This document shows, piece by piece, positions 1 to 12,121 of a stretch of DNA of 64,000 nt. The notes beneath the pieces are model-generated. The model did no database searches and was not told the DNA's origin. It saw nothing but the letters and a program-made list of their open reading frames with translations. Source of the stretch: Squalus acanthias (lineage: Eukaryota). Position numbers and translations under genes: made by a program. The first letter of the stretch is position 1, and every line of letters starts with the position of its first letter. Where the stretch lies: contig CM059432.1 of NCBI GenBank assembly GCA_030390025.1, positions 125,862,001 through 125,926,000 on the forward strand. The letters run 5' to 3'.

Positions 1-158
1 AGCTTGGCTAGAGGCGCGGCTAGTTCTGGAGCACAAGTCTTCAGCATGACAGCCGGGATGTTGTCGGGGCCCACAGCCTTTGCTGTATCCAGCACGCTCT
101 GCCGTTTCTTGATATCATGTGGACTGAATCAAATTGGCTGAAGACTGGCTTCTGTGAT
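1..158 (-). mobile_element. CR1-clade LINE fragment (family B), interrupted by a younger CR1; resumes at about 1381-1422
   Basis: Reverse complement matches the start of the family-B copy at 1646 (gctccagaactagcc) and the same-strand copy at 3640-3800. The sequence ...gactggcttctgtgat continues as gatggtgggg at 1381. Confidence 0.75.
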
Positions 159-1380
159 CATAGAGTCATAGAGTTATACAGCACAGAAAGAGGCCTTTCG
201 GCCCATCGTGTCCGCGCCAGCCATCAAGCCCTGTCTATTCTAATCCCATTTTCCAGCACTTGGTCCGTAGCCTTGTATGCTATGGCATTTCACGTGCTCA
301 TCTAAATGCTTCTTGAATGTTGTGAGGGTTCCTGCCTCTACCACCCTTTCAGGCAGTGAGTTCCAGATTCCAACCACCCTCTAGGTGAAAAAGTTTTTCC
401 TCAAATCCCCTCTAAACCTCCTGCCCCTTACCTTGAAACTATGCCCCCTGGTTATTGACCCCTCTACTAAGGGGAAAAGTTCCTTTCTATCTACCCTATC
501 TATGCCCCTCATAATTTTGTACACCTCAATCAGGTCCCCCCTCAGTCTTCTCTGCTGTAAGGAAAACAACCCCAGCCTGCCCAGCCTCTCTTCATAGCTG
601 AAGCGCTCCAACGCAGGTAACATCCTGGTGAATCTCCTCTGCACCCTCTCCAATGCAATCACATCCTTCCTATATTGTGGCGACCAGAACTGCACACAGT
701 ATTCCAGCTGTGGCCTAACTAGCGTTTTGTACAGCTCCATCATAACCTCCCTGCTCTTATATTCTATGCCTTGGCTTATGAAGGCAAGTATCCCATATGC
801 CTTTTTAACCATCTTATCTACCTGTCCTGCTGCCTTCAGGGATCTATGTACATGCACATCAAGGTCCCTCTGATCCTCTGTCCTTCCTAGAGTCCTACCA
901 TTCATTGTGTATTCCCTTGCCTTGTTAGTCCTCCCAAAATGCATCACCTCACACTTTTCAGGGTTAAATTCCATTTGCCACTGTTCTGCCCATCTAACCA
1001 ACCCGTCTATATCGTCCTGTAGCCTGAGGCTTCCCTCCTCGCTATTTACCACTCCACCAATTTTCGTGTCATCTGCGAACTTACTGATCATACCTCCTAC
1101 ATTCATATCTAAATCATTAATGTACACTACAAACAGCAAAGGACCCAGCACCGATCCCTGCGGTACACCACTGGACACAGCCTTCCAGTCACAAAAACAA
1201 CCTTCGACCATCACCCTCTGCCTCCTGCCACTAAGCCAATTTTGGATCCAATGTGCCAAATTGCCCTGGATCCCATGGGCTCTTACCTTCGTGACCAGTC
1301 TCCCATGCGGGACTTTGTGAAAAGCCTTACTGAAGTCCATGTAGACTACATCAACTGCACTACCCTCATCCACACACCTA
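159..1380 (-). mobile_element. 5'-truncated CR1 LINE (HER1-like, family A), RT C-terminal half plus 3' UTR
   Basis: ORF 381-1418 contains [30 protein letters not shown] and RPQLEYCVQFWSP. The octamer 3' tail (catagagt repeats) lies at 159-175. Confidence 0.95.
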
Positions 1381-1489
1381 GATGGTGGGGAGCTCAGGAG
1401 TAGGCCGATATGGATCATCCATTATTGTGTTTTAGAATGGGTGAAAATGCAAGGGGAAAAGTGCCAATCAAAAATGAAGAAAAAGGGAA

Positions 1490-1648
1490 CCCATTTTGAA
1501 GCCTGGATGTTGTCCAGGTCTTTCTGCATGCAGGCATGGACTGCTTCATTATCTACTAAAGAATTGAAATTGGAGCTAAACATTATGCAATCATCAGCAA
1601 ACAGCCTCACTTTCTGATGATGAAGGAAAGGTCATTGATGAAGCAGCT
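1490..1648 (-). mobile_element. Older family-B CR1 fragment (RT FADD region), continuation of 3141-4620
   Basis: ORF 1422-1610 LFADDC...CMQKDLDNIQ; reverse complement of 2181-2335. Confidence 0.8.
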
Positions 1649-3140
1649 CCAGAACTAGCCAAGCTGTTCCAGTACAGCTACAACACTGGCATCTACATGA
1701 CAAAGTGGAAAATTGCCGAGGTATGTCCTGTCCACAAAAAGTGGGACAAATCCAATCTGGCCAATTACCGTCCCATGAGCCTAATCTCAATCATCAGCAA
1801 AGTGATGAAAGGTGTCGTCGACAGTGCTATAAAGCGGCACTTATTCACCAATAACCTGCTCACCGATGCTCAGTTTGGGTTCCGCCAGGATCACTTGGCT
1901 CCAGACCGCATTACAGCCTTGGTCCAAACAAAAGAACTGAATTCCATAGGTGAGGTGAGAGTGACTGCCCTTGACAACAAGGCAGCTTTTGACCTGAGTG
2001 TGGCACCAAGGAGCACTAGTAAAGCTGAAGCCAATGGAGATCAAAGGGGAAAACTCCCCACTGGCTTGAGTCATACCTAGCACAAAGGAAGATGGTTGTA
2101 GTTGTTGGAAGGCAATCATCTCAGCCCCAGGACATCTCTGCAGGAGTTCCTTAGGGCAGTGTCTTAGACCCAACCGTCTTCAGCTGCTTCATCAATGACC
2201 TTCCCTCCATCATTAGGCCAGAAGTGGGGATGTTTGCTGATGATTGTACAGTGTTCCGATGCATTTGCAATTCCTCAGATAATGAACCAGTCCCTGCCTG
2301 CATGCAGCAAGACCTGGACAACATTCAGGTTTGGGCTGATAAGTGGCAAGTAACATTCGCGCCACACTAGTGCCAGACAATGACCATCTCCAACAAGAGA
2401 GTCTAACCACCTTCCCATGGCATTCAATGGTATTACCATCGGCGAATCCCCCACCATCAACATACTGGGGGGTCACCATTGACCAGAAACTTAACTGGAC
2501 CAGCCAGTTAAATACTGAGGCTACAAGAGCAGGTCAGAGGCTGGGTATTCCGCGGCAAGTTACTCACCTCCTGACTCCCCAAAGCCTTTCCGCCACCTAC
2601 AAGGCACAAGTCATGGAATGTGATGGAATACTCTCCACTTAGCTAGGATGAGCGCAGCTCCAACAACACTCAAGAAACTTGACATCATCCAGGACAAAGC
2701 AGCCCACTTGATTAGCACCCCATCCACCACCTTAAACATTCACTCCCTCCACCACCGGTGCAACGTGGCTGCAGTGCGTACCATCTACAAGATGCACTAC
2801 AGCAACTCGCCAAGGCTTCTTCGACAGCACGTCCCAAACCCGCGACCTCTACCACCTAGAAGGACAAGGGCAGCAGGCACATGGGAACACCACCACCTCC
2901 AAGTTTCCCTCCAAGTCATACACCTTCCTGACTTGGAAATATATTGCCAGTTTTTCATCGGCGCTGGATCAAAATCCATGAACTCCATACCTAACAGCAC
3001 TGTGGGAGTACCTTCACCACATAGACTGCATTGGTTCAAGAAGGCGGCTCACCACCACCTTCTCAAGGGCAGTTAGGGATGGGTAATAAATGCTGGCCCT
3101 GCCAGCGACACTCACATCCTGTGAACTAATAAAAAAAAAT
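1646..3140 (+). mobile_element. 5'-truncated family-B CR1-clade LINE (RT pseudogene, 3' UTR, A-rich tail)
   Basis: WKIAEVCPVHKK..NYRPMSL..QFGFRQ, GVTIDQKLNW, FADD. The A-tail is at 3129-3138. Confidence 0.92.
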
Positions 3141-4620
3141 TGTTGAGTCGAGAATGTTGCCATGAGAACTCCTGCAGCGATAGCCCGGGCCGAGATGATT
3201 GGTCTCTAACAACCACAATCATCTTCCTTTGTGTCAGGCATGACTCCAGCCACTGAAGAGTGTTCCCATTGACCTTAGTTTTACTAGCGCTCCTTGGCAC
3301 CACATTTGGTAAAATGCTGCCTTGAAGTCAAGGGCAGTCACCTCACCTCACATGTGTAATTCAGCTCTTGTGTCCATGTTTGAACCAAGGCTGTAATGAC
3401 ATCTGGAGCCGAGTAGTTCTGCCGGAACCCAAACTGAGCATCAGTGAGCATGTTATTTGTGAGTAAGTGCCATTTGATAGTGCTGTTGACAACTCCTTCC
3501 ATTACTCTGCTGATGATTGGGAGTAGGCTGATGGGACGATAACTGGCTGGGTTGGATATGTCCTGCTTTTTGTGGACGGGACATACCTAGGCAATTTTCC
3601 ACATTGGCAGGTAGATGCCAGTATTGTAGCTGTACTGGAACAGCTTAGCTAGGGGATTGGTTAGTTGCAGAGCTGGGATGTTGTTTGACCTGTAGCCTTT
3701 ACTGTGTCCACTGCACTCAACCATTTATTGATGCCATGTGGGGTGAATCAAATTGGCTGAAGACTGGCATCTGTGATGGTGAGGTTTTTTGGGGAGGCCA
3801 AGAATGATTATTCACTCAGCACTTCTGGCTGAAGATGGTTGCAAATGGTTTTGTCTTTTGCACTCACGTGCTGGGCTCTGCCGATATTGAGAATGGGTAT
3901 GTTCATGGAGCCTCCTCCTCCCATTAGTTGCTTAATTGTCCACCACCATTTACAACTAGATGTAAGAGGGTTGCAGAGAACGAGATCAAGTAGGTTATTC
4001 CCTACTTGAATAACTATTAGTGTTGGTTCTCTTACCACCTGCCACAAACCCAGTCTGGCAGCTATGTCCTTCATGACATGGCCAGCTCGGTCAGTAGTGG
4101 TGCTACCGAGCCAATCTTGGTGATGGACATTGAAGTCCTCCAGGCTGAGTACATTCTGTACCCTTGCTTCCCTAGTGTTTTCTCCAAGTGGTGTTCAACA
4201 TGGAGGAGTACTGATTTATCAGCTGAGGGAGCGTGGTAGGTGGTAATCAGCAGGAGGTTTCTTTATTTGACCGGAAGCCATGAGACTTCATGGGGTCCTG
4301 AGTCAATGTTGAGGACTCCCTTAGCCACCCCACCTCCTGACTGTATAACACTGCGCCCGTACTTCTGGTAGATCTGTCCTGCAGATGGGACCGAACATAC
4401 AGGGATGGTGATAGTGGAGTCTGGGACATTGACGAATATGTAGGATTCTGAGAGTCTGACTCTGTCATGCTGTTGCTTGACTAGTGGGACAGCTCCCCCC
4501 TTTGCCATCAGTCCCCAGATGTTAATGAGAGGACTTTGCGGGATCGACTGAGCTGGATGTGCCTCTGACATTTCCTGATTCGATGCCTAGGCTGCAGCCA
4601 AATGGTCCATCTGATTATAT
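3141..4620 (-). mobile_element. Older family-B CR1 LINE (endonuclease to RT), decayed
   Basis: LKDIAARLGLWQVVREPT..NLLDLVL (APE endonuclease motifs). RT segments are the reverse complement of 1650-2170. Confidence 0.85.
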
Positions 4621-5504
4621 TCTTGTTTACCTTTCTAGAGGAAAGGTACTCTCAGCATTATTAAAATGCAAAATGCCATTGTTTACAACTTTATGATTGG
4701 TCATTTTTTAATATGAGTAAAATTTTGTAATCAGTTTCCCTGTTTGTACAGTCTTTATCCTAATCTATAGTCTGCTACTTACATTTTTAATTTTGCTCCA
4801 AATCCAATAATAACTGTGATGGCAGTCTGCCAGCAAAATAACACTGTTCACTCGGCTGTATCATCCCTTTAAACAGCTGCAGCAGTGATTCAAATTTCCA
4901 CCTCTGTACTTGTGAGCTCCCATAGATAGAGTCTGTATGAGCGGTGGGCAAACCCCAAAATGAAGGCAGATACGGCTGTGTGCAGCAAGCCAGACAGATT
5001 CATCACTGTGCACGTGGGAATTTTTATTCTTACTTTTGTAATGGTAGGTGCTGGATAAGCAGCTGTTGTTGTTTCACTGTGATAAAGCAACAAAGATTTT
5101 TTTTTAATGGTTTGGCTTTGATTGCTTTTGTTAGTTGATTGGCAATCTGGCCTAGTTCCTAGTGGTCCACTGGAGTGTTTTGGTGTGTGATGGAGGTATT
5201 TTCTGTTGTGTTACAGTGTGAAGGGACATCTCTCTTTTCTACCACTCTAGTGAACCTTGTGGGATTGCTAGCCCATCCCAGTCCCATCTGACATTCAAAC
5301 ACATATACTTCAATCCATGGTCACTAGATAATAATCAGTAATGGAAGCCCTGAATAATTTTTTCTCCCTACCCCAAAGCCAAGTGAAATGCTCGCATGAC
5401 TATTCCGCTGCACTTGACAAACTCAACAAAGACTAGGAAAGAAAATCAATTGAAGCATTGTCATTGGGTTAGTTTCGTGTACCTCCATAAGTAAGCTCAA
5501 AAGG

Positions 5505-6298
5505 TTATTCACTTTGGTAGGAAGAATAGAAAAACAATATTTTTTATATGGTGAGAAACTATTAAATGTTGGTGTTCAGCTAGATTTAGGTTTCCTAGTA
5601 CAAGAAACACAGAGTTTGCATGCAGGTACAGCAAGTAATTAGGAAGGCAAATGGCATGTTGGCCTCTTGCTAGAGGGTTGGAGTACAAGAGTAAGAAAGT
5701 CTTGCTACAATTGTACAGGGCTCTGGTGAGACCACACCTGGAGTACTGTGCACAGTTTTGGTCTCCTTATTTAAGGAAGGATATACTTGCTTTGGAGGCA
5801 GTGCAACGAAGGTTCACTAGATTGATTCCTGGGATGAGAGGGTTGTCCTATGATGAGAGATTGAGTAGATTGGGCCTATACTCTCTGGAGTTTAGAAGAA
5901 TGAGAGGTGATCTCATTGAAACATACAAGATTCTGAGGGGGATTGACAGGATAAATGCTGAGAGATTGTTTCCCCTGCCTGGAGAGTCTAGAACGAGGGG
6001 GCATAGTCTCAGGATAAGGGGCCGGCCTTTTAAGACTGAGATGAGGAGGAATTTCTTCACTGAGGGTTGTCAATCTTTGGAATTCTCTGCCCCAAAGTGT
6101 TGTGGATGCTCAGTCATTGATTACATTCAAGGCTGAGATAGTTAGATTTTTGGACTCCAGAGGACTCGAGGGATATGGAGATTGGGCAGGAAAGTGGAGT
6201 TGAGGTCGAAGATCAACCATGATCTTATTGAATGGCGGAGCAGGCTCGAAGGGCTGTATGGCTACTCCTGCTCCTAATACTTATGTTCTTATGTTCTA
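5505..6298 (+). mobile_element. CR1 (HER1-like) 3' fragment
   Basis: [19 protein letters not shown] in ORF 5651-6136; tail cttatgttcttatgttct. Confidence 0.93.
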
Positions 6299-6626
6299 AA
6301 AGCAGCTTAGTTGGAAGCCTGGGAGCAGGCTGTCTGCCCATCTCTTGAGTCTCAGCTGCAGATGTGTGGCCCAAGGACACCTGAAAGGGAGAAAAATTAA
6401 TTTTCCATCAATTTAATTCATGATGGGGGGTAATATTTTAGTCCATACTGCCAGCAGGGAACCTTGCCTGACAGGAGGGAGGTGGGTTGTGCTGATCACA
6501 ATATTTAGACCATTAAAATGAATGGTTAGAAAATCATGGACAGTGGTTGTCAAAATTTCTGATATGCACTGCCAGCAGATGAGGAGTAAGGAAAGTTAGG
6601 CAGAACTTTTTTACACAGTGGTTGTA

Positions 6627-7190
6627 GAATCATAGAATGCACAGTAGGAGGCCATTCAGGCCCATCGTGCCTGTGCCGGCTCTTTGAAAGAGCTATCCAA
6701 TTAGTTCCACTTCCCTGCTCTTTCCCTTCAGCCCAGCAAACTTTTTATTTTCAAGTATTGATCCAATTCACTTTTGAAAGTTATTATTGAATCTGCTTCC
6801 ACTGCCCTTTCAGGCAGGGCATTCCAGATCATCATAACTCGCTGTGTAAATTTTTTTCCCTCATGTCTCCTTGGGCTCTTCTGCCAATTGCCTTAAATCT
6901 GCGTCCTCTGGTTACTGACTCTTCTGCCACTGGAAACAGTTTCTCCTCAAAACCCTTCATCATTTTGAACAGCTCTATCAAATTTCCCCTTAACCTTCTC
7001 TGCTCTAAGGAGTTTCTCTCGTCTCTCCATGTAACTGAACTCTTTCATCCCTGATACCATTCTAGTAAATCTCCTCTGCACCCTCGCAAAGTGTGGTGCC
7101 CAGAATTGGCCACAATACTCCAGCTGGGGCCTAACTATTATTTTATAAAGGTTTAACATAACTTCCTTGCTTTTGCATACTATGCCTATA
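6627..7190 (-). mobile_element. CR1 (HER1-like) 3' fragment
   Basis: RPQLEYCGQFWAPHF; gaatcatagaa tail. Confidence 0.88.
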
Positions 7191-7499
7191 TATTTGGGGA
7201 ATAAGTTATCAGAGGTGGTGATTGAAATGAATAAAATTAATGGGTTCAAGAGGCAGTAAGGTGAAGGATATGGGGGTATCATGGTAAATGTTGTAAGGTG
7301 AAGATCCTGGCATTGAACCTCACTCGACACGCTCATGGATCAGAGAATGGGGCGCCGAGGTCAGTGTCCCATGAACATGAATTTGTAAAATCTGTCCTCT
7401 AATCTCTAGTCTTACTTGAGGCTTGTTAATCTTGTAGTTGTTTCCTCCTCGTTCTACATTTGTGATCCAAGTTTAAAACCCTGCTTACACCCATATTAC

Positions 7500-7725
7500 A
7501 ATGACAGTTTGCATTTATATAGTGCCTTTAACATAGAAAAATGTTCCAAGGCACTTCACAGAGGCGTCAGGAAAAAACGGATGCCGAGCCAAAGAAGGAG
7601 AGATTAGGAGGGGTGACCAAAAGATAGGTCAAAGAGGTGAGTTTTATGGAGAAGAGGAGGTGGAGAGGCATAGGGGTTTAGGGAGGGAATTCCAAAGAGT
7701 GGGACATGGGCGACTGAAGGCATGG
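7500..7725 (-). mobile_element. L2-type LINE 3' end
   Basis: ttgcatttatatagtgcctttaac..aggggtgaccaaaag; reverse complement resembles 40440-40680. Confidence 0.65.
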
Positions 7726-8626
7726 CTGTTTTTGGGGGTGGAAAGAAAAAGTAAGTTACAAAATACATCTTCCACAAGCAGAGAAAATGCACAGTTGAAT
7801 GAAAGTATTGAAAATACTGTTCAGCTCCATAAATGTAGCACAGAACTCTGCAGCAAACTTAGCCAAACCAAAATTCTGAAATTACAGCTCTTCATTTACA
7901 TTGGTAACATATGGAATCACATTGAGAAAAATGACGAGCTGATGAATATGCAGTAGAAATAAAGTACCAACAAAATAAATTTAACATAACCATTCAGTAA
8001 TTACAAGCAGCATTATATGAATACATAGTAGATGCACATTTTAAACTAAGTTTAACATTTTCTCAGCTGCTGTTTTCATCGGACCACTTGAATACAATGC
8101 ATACTTTTACTGTAGGTCACCTTAAAAACTCTAGTTAGTTTAAATCACAGTATTCAGTAAATGAGGAGTATCATCCAGACATAGTACTGTACAAACACTT
8201 GTATTTAATTCCTGTTGTTTGCTATTTTAATGGGGGTGTTAACTTATTTAAAATAAATGGATTAACATCAGCATCAAAATTATGGACAGATGAATTTGAT
8301 AGAAATATGTGAAATGTTTTAATGATATTGCACAGCATAATTTCTAGGTGAATGTGCCATAAGGAATATGCAGCAATTCACTTTATGATGGAATTTGTAT
8401 TTTTAAATAATAAGGTGCCATTCCAACATAAGTGCCAGCTCTGCTGCTGCCCTACTTGGGCCAGATGACAGTTCTCTCATTTTAAATAATCCGGGTGGGC
8501 AGACATGACACTGGGGGAGGTCACAAAAGAGGGCAGTGGCTAACCGCTGAAGGGGCCTGCTGGGACCATGTCAGTTGTGGCCAAAAACTGCATACAAATT
8601 TCTGAGGGTCCGAGCTGACATTACTT

Positions 8627-9130
8627 TCTTTTAATCGTTCCTGGGATGTGGGCGTCGCTGGCAAGGCCAGCATTTATTGCCCATCCCTAATTGCCCCTGA
8701 GAAGGTGGTGGTGAGCCACCTTCTTGAACTGCTACAGTCCGTGCAGTGAAGGTACTCCACAGTGCTGTTAGGGAGGGAATTCCAGGATTTTGACCCAGCG
8801 ACGATGAAGGAACGGCGATATATTTCCAAGTCAGGATGGTGTGTGACTTGGAGGTGATGGTGTTCCCATGCGCCTGCTGCCCTTGTCCTTCTAGGTGGTA
8901 GAGGTCCCGGGTTTGGGAGGTGCTGTCGAGGATGCCTTGGCGAGTTGCTGCAGTGCATCTTGTATATGGTACACACTGCAGCCACGGTACGCAGGTGGTG
9001 GAGGGAGTGAATGTTTAAGGTGGTGGATGGGGTGCCAATCAAGCGTGCTGCTTTGTCCGTGGATGGTATCGAGCTTCTTGAATGTTGTTAGAACTGCACT
9101 CATCCAGGCAAATGGAGAGTATTCCAGCCA
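8627..9130 (-). mobile_element. Family-B CR1 3' fragment
   Basis: Reverse complement of 2625-3125; TLNIHSLHHLRTVAAVCTIYKMHCS. Confidence 0.9.
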
Positions 9131-9502
9131 GCTGGCCAGTACACCTCTTCTCATTGGATATTGCTGGTGGATTGTGAGGCGGGGGCTGAGGAAACTCCCG
9201 GTCTGAAAGTTCATTCGCTCCGGCCACACCCCCTCTGGTACAGCTGATCTTGTTTGCAGCAGACTGAGGTTCCACCCCAAATAAGGTCCGATGGAAACTG
9301 GTGTCGAAGGCCGGCACCCAGTGCATCAGGGTCCTGGCCTAATTTTTTAGCCCTTCCCGCACAATCCAGCTGGATTTATGTTGGGAGTGTGCTGGAAGGC
9401 CGTGGATTATCCCGCTAATTACTTTATCAACTTAGATCTCTCCCCTTTGGCACCACTCACCAGCTGTTAATGAGGAGGATGTTTGTGGGGTGCCTTTGCC
9501 AT

Positions 9503-9772
9503 TAAAAAAAAGACTTGCATTTATATAGCACCTTTCACGGCCTCAGGACGTCCCAAAGCGTTTTTGAAGTGTAGTCACTGTTTTAATGTAGGAAACGCGG
9601 CAGCCAATTTGTGCACAGCAAGCTCCTACAAACCAGCAGTGCAATAATGATCAGATAATCTGTTTTTAGTGATGTTGATGGAGGGATAAATATTGGTCAG
9701 GACACTGGGAATAACTCCCCTGCCCTTCTTTGAAATAGTGCCATGGGATCTTTTACGTCCACCTGAGAGAGA
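9503..9772 (-). mobile_element. SacSINE1-like DeuSINE, 3' part
   Basis: aagacttgcatttatatagc..gcagccaatttgtgcacagcaag, shared with the full-length copy at 47597-48068. Confidence 0.8.
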
Positions 9773-10011
9773 GGCAGTTGTCGATTTCAATATGTTAATT
9801 GCTCAATTACAGCAATGTTAATGTGGGTTTTGGAGTTTAACTTTGGCTCCACAGGTTTCCCGGGCTTCCTGGAACTCGCCAGTGAAAGCAAGGCGAGAAG
9901 AAAGCGGCAATTGAGGGGGCTGAAGCCACGACAGAGAAATATGCCAATAAGTACTGAGTACTCTCAGCTGCTTTCTTTCTTGCTTGTGTGACGGGTTTGT
10001 TCACAGTACTT

Positions 10012-10727
10012 AGAATCATAGAAATTTACAGCACAGAGGAGGCCATTCGGCCCATTGTGTCTGTGCTGGCCGAAATAAAGCTATCCAGCCTAATCCCACT
10101 TTCCAGCTCTTGGTCCGTAGCCTTGTAAGTTACAGCACTTCAAGTGCATATCCAAGTACTTTTTAAATGTGATGAGGGTTTCTGCCTCTACCACCCTTTC
10201 AGGCAGTGAGTTGCAGACCCCCACCACCCTCTGGGTGAAAATAGTTCTCCTCAACTCCCCTCTAAACCTCCGACCAATTACTTTAAATCTATGCCCCCTT
10301 GTTATTGACCTCTCTGCTGAGAGAAATAGGTCCTTCCTATCCACTCTATCTAGGCCCCTCATAATTTTATACACCTCAATCAAATCTCCCCTCAACCTCC
10401 TCTGTTCCAAAGAAAACAACCCCAGCCTATCCAATCTTTCCTCATAGCTAAAATTCTCCAGTCCTGGCAACATCCTCGTAAATCTCCTCTGTACCCTCTC
10501 TAGTGCAATCACAACTTTCCTGTAATGTGGTGACCAAAACTGTACGCAGTACTCTAGCTGTGGCCTAACTAGTGTTTTATACATAACCACTCTGCTCTTA
10601 TATTCTGTGCCTTGGCTAATAAAGGAAAGTATCCCGTATGCCTTCTTAACCACCTTATCTACCTGCGCTGGTACCTTCAGGGATCTGTGGACATGCACTC
10701 CAAGGTCCCTCTGTTCCTCTACATTTC
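10012..10727 (-). mobile_element. CR1 (HER1-like) 3' fragment
   Basis: ORF 10090-10830: EEQRDLGVHVHRSLK..RPQLEYCVQFWSP. Confidence 0.93.
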
Positions 10728-10869
10728 TATAGTACTTGTGCTGAGAGTTTAGTTTATACACTTTGGAATTTACTTTACATACTTTGGAGGTGTCATCTAC
10801 ACTTTGGAGGTTCGGAGGTCTGATCTGCACTTTGGAGCCTGATCTATCATACGCTGTGTTACTTTGGAC

Positions 10870-11790
10870 CTCGGATGAGGACCAAAATTACCACCAGTAT
10901 TACCAGGAGCAGCACGAGCTGCACCAGCAACAGCCTGCTGCTCACAGATCTGCAGCTCCACAGGAGAGAGGGGATCAGCAGAGAGGTGCAGCTCGCAGGA
11001 GGCCTTGCCCGACACACACGGTCTACAGGCTGTGGATAAGCTTCCTCGACATGTTGGAACACCAGTGTCTCAGGAGGCTCAGGTTGTTGTGTCAGATGGT
11101 GGCAGACATTTGCAGCCTGCTGGAACAAGACCTGCTGCCAGCATGACCTAGTGGCCATGCTTTACCAGTGGTGTCAAAGTAACCACTGCCCTCAACTGTT
11201 TTGCCTCTGGATCCTTCCAGGGCTCATCCGGAGACATTTGCAGGATCTCGCAGTCGGCGGCCCACAAATGCATAAGACAGGTGACTGATTGCTTCTTTGC
11301 CAGGGCCGGAAATTATGTTAACTTCGCCTGCGATGACGCCAGTCAGAAAGAGCAGGTGCTCGGGTTTGTGGCTCTGGCTGGCTTTCCACAAGTGCAGGAT
11401 GTCATCAACTACACACGTGGCAATTAAGGCACCTATAGATCACACGGGAGTGTTTGTCAACCGTAAGGGCTTCCATTCCATCAGTGTGCGGCTGGTGTGC
11501 AACCACAAAAAGATCTTTATGCAGGGGTGCGCATGATTCTGGGGCAGCTGCCATGATGCGTTCGTCCTGCGACAGTCCGTCCTCCCAAACGTCTTCATAC
11601 CTGGAAGCAGAGTTGCTCAGAGACAAGGGATACCTACTTAAAACGTGGCTGATGACGGCTCTCAGAAACCCGAGGAATGAGGCCCAGGAAGATATAATGA
11701 ATGCCATATGACCACCAGATGTTTCATCAAATAAGCCATCAGCATGCTGAAGATGCGCTTCAGGTGCCTGGACAGATCTGGAGGCGCCCA
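10870..11790 (+). pseudogene. PIF/Harbinger DDE transposase remnant
   Basis: Frameshifted motifs [43 protein letters not shown] and LKMRFRCLDRSGG; collinear with 50375-51541. Confidence 0.88.
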
Positions 11791-12121
11791 CCACCACTGC
11801 TCACTCTAAGGTGCGCGGTTGCGCGACCGCGCACTAATCCTCGAGGTGCTGCACAGTTCAGTTGAAAGCTGGACAGCAGCTGGAGCGGGGGAGGACCCAA
11901 TTCACAACACTCTGATTATCACCACTGACAGCTTTGCGGCCTTCTCCGCACGCGCGGTATCCTAGAGCCACGCATGCGCACTTGATGCCCTTTTGCGCAT
12001 GCGCGCTTTTTGCAGAGCCGCACATGCGCAGAACCCCCACAATTGCGGCATCTAAGCCTTGGCTCCGTAACAAGGTCGCTGGATCCGTTGTATAGGGGTG
12101 GGCGGGAGACCGAGGCTCAAA

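Noticed and set aside
385..1320. Plus-strand ORFs opposite CR1 RT (and similar ones elsewhere)
   Set aside because: Antisense shadow frames of CR1 ORF2.
1490..1700. Twin-priming 5' inversion of a LINE
   Set aside because: The inverted piece overlaps sequence present in the plus copy and is contiguous with 3141-4620, so nesting explains it better.
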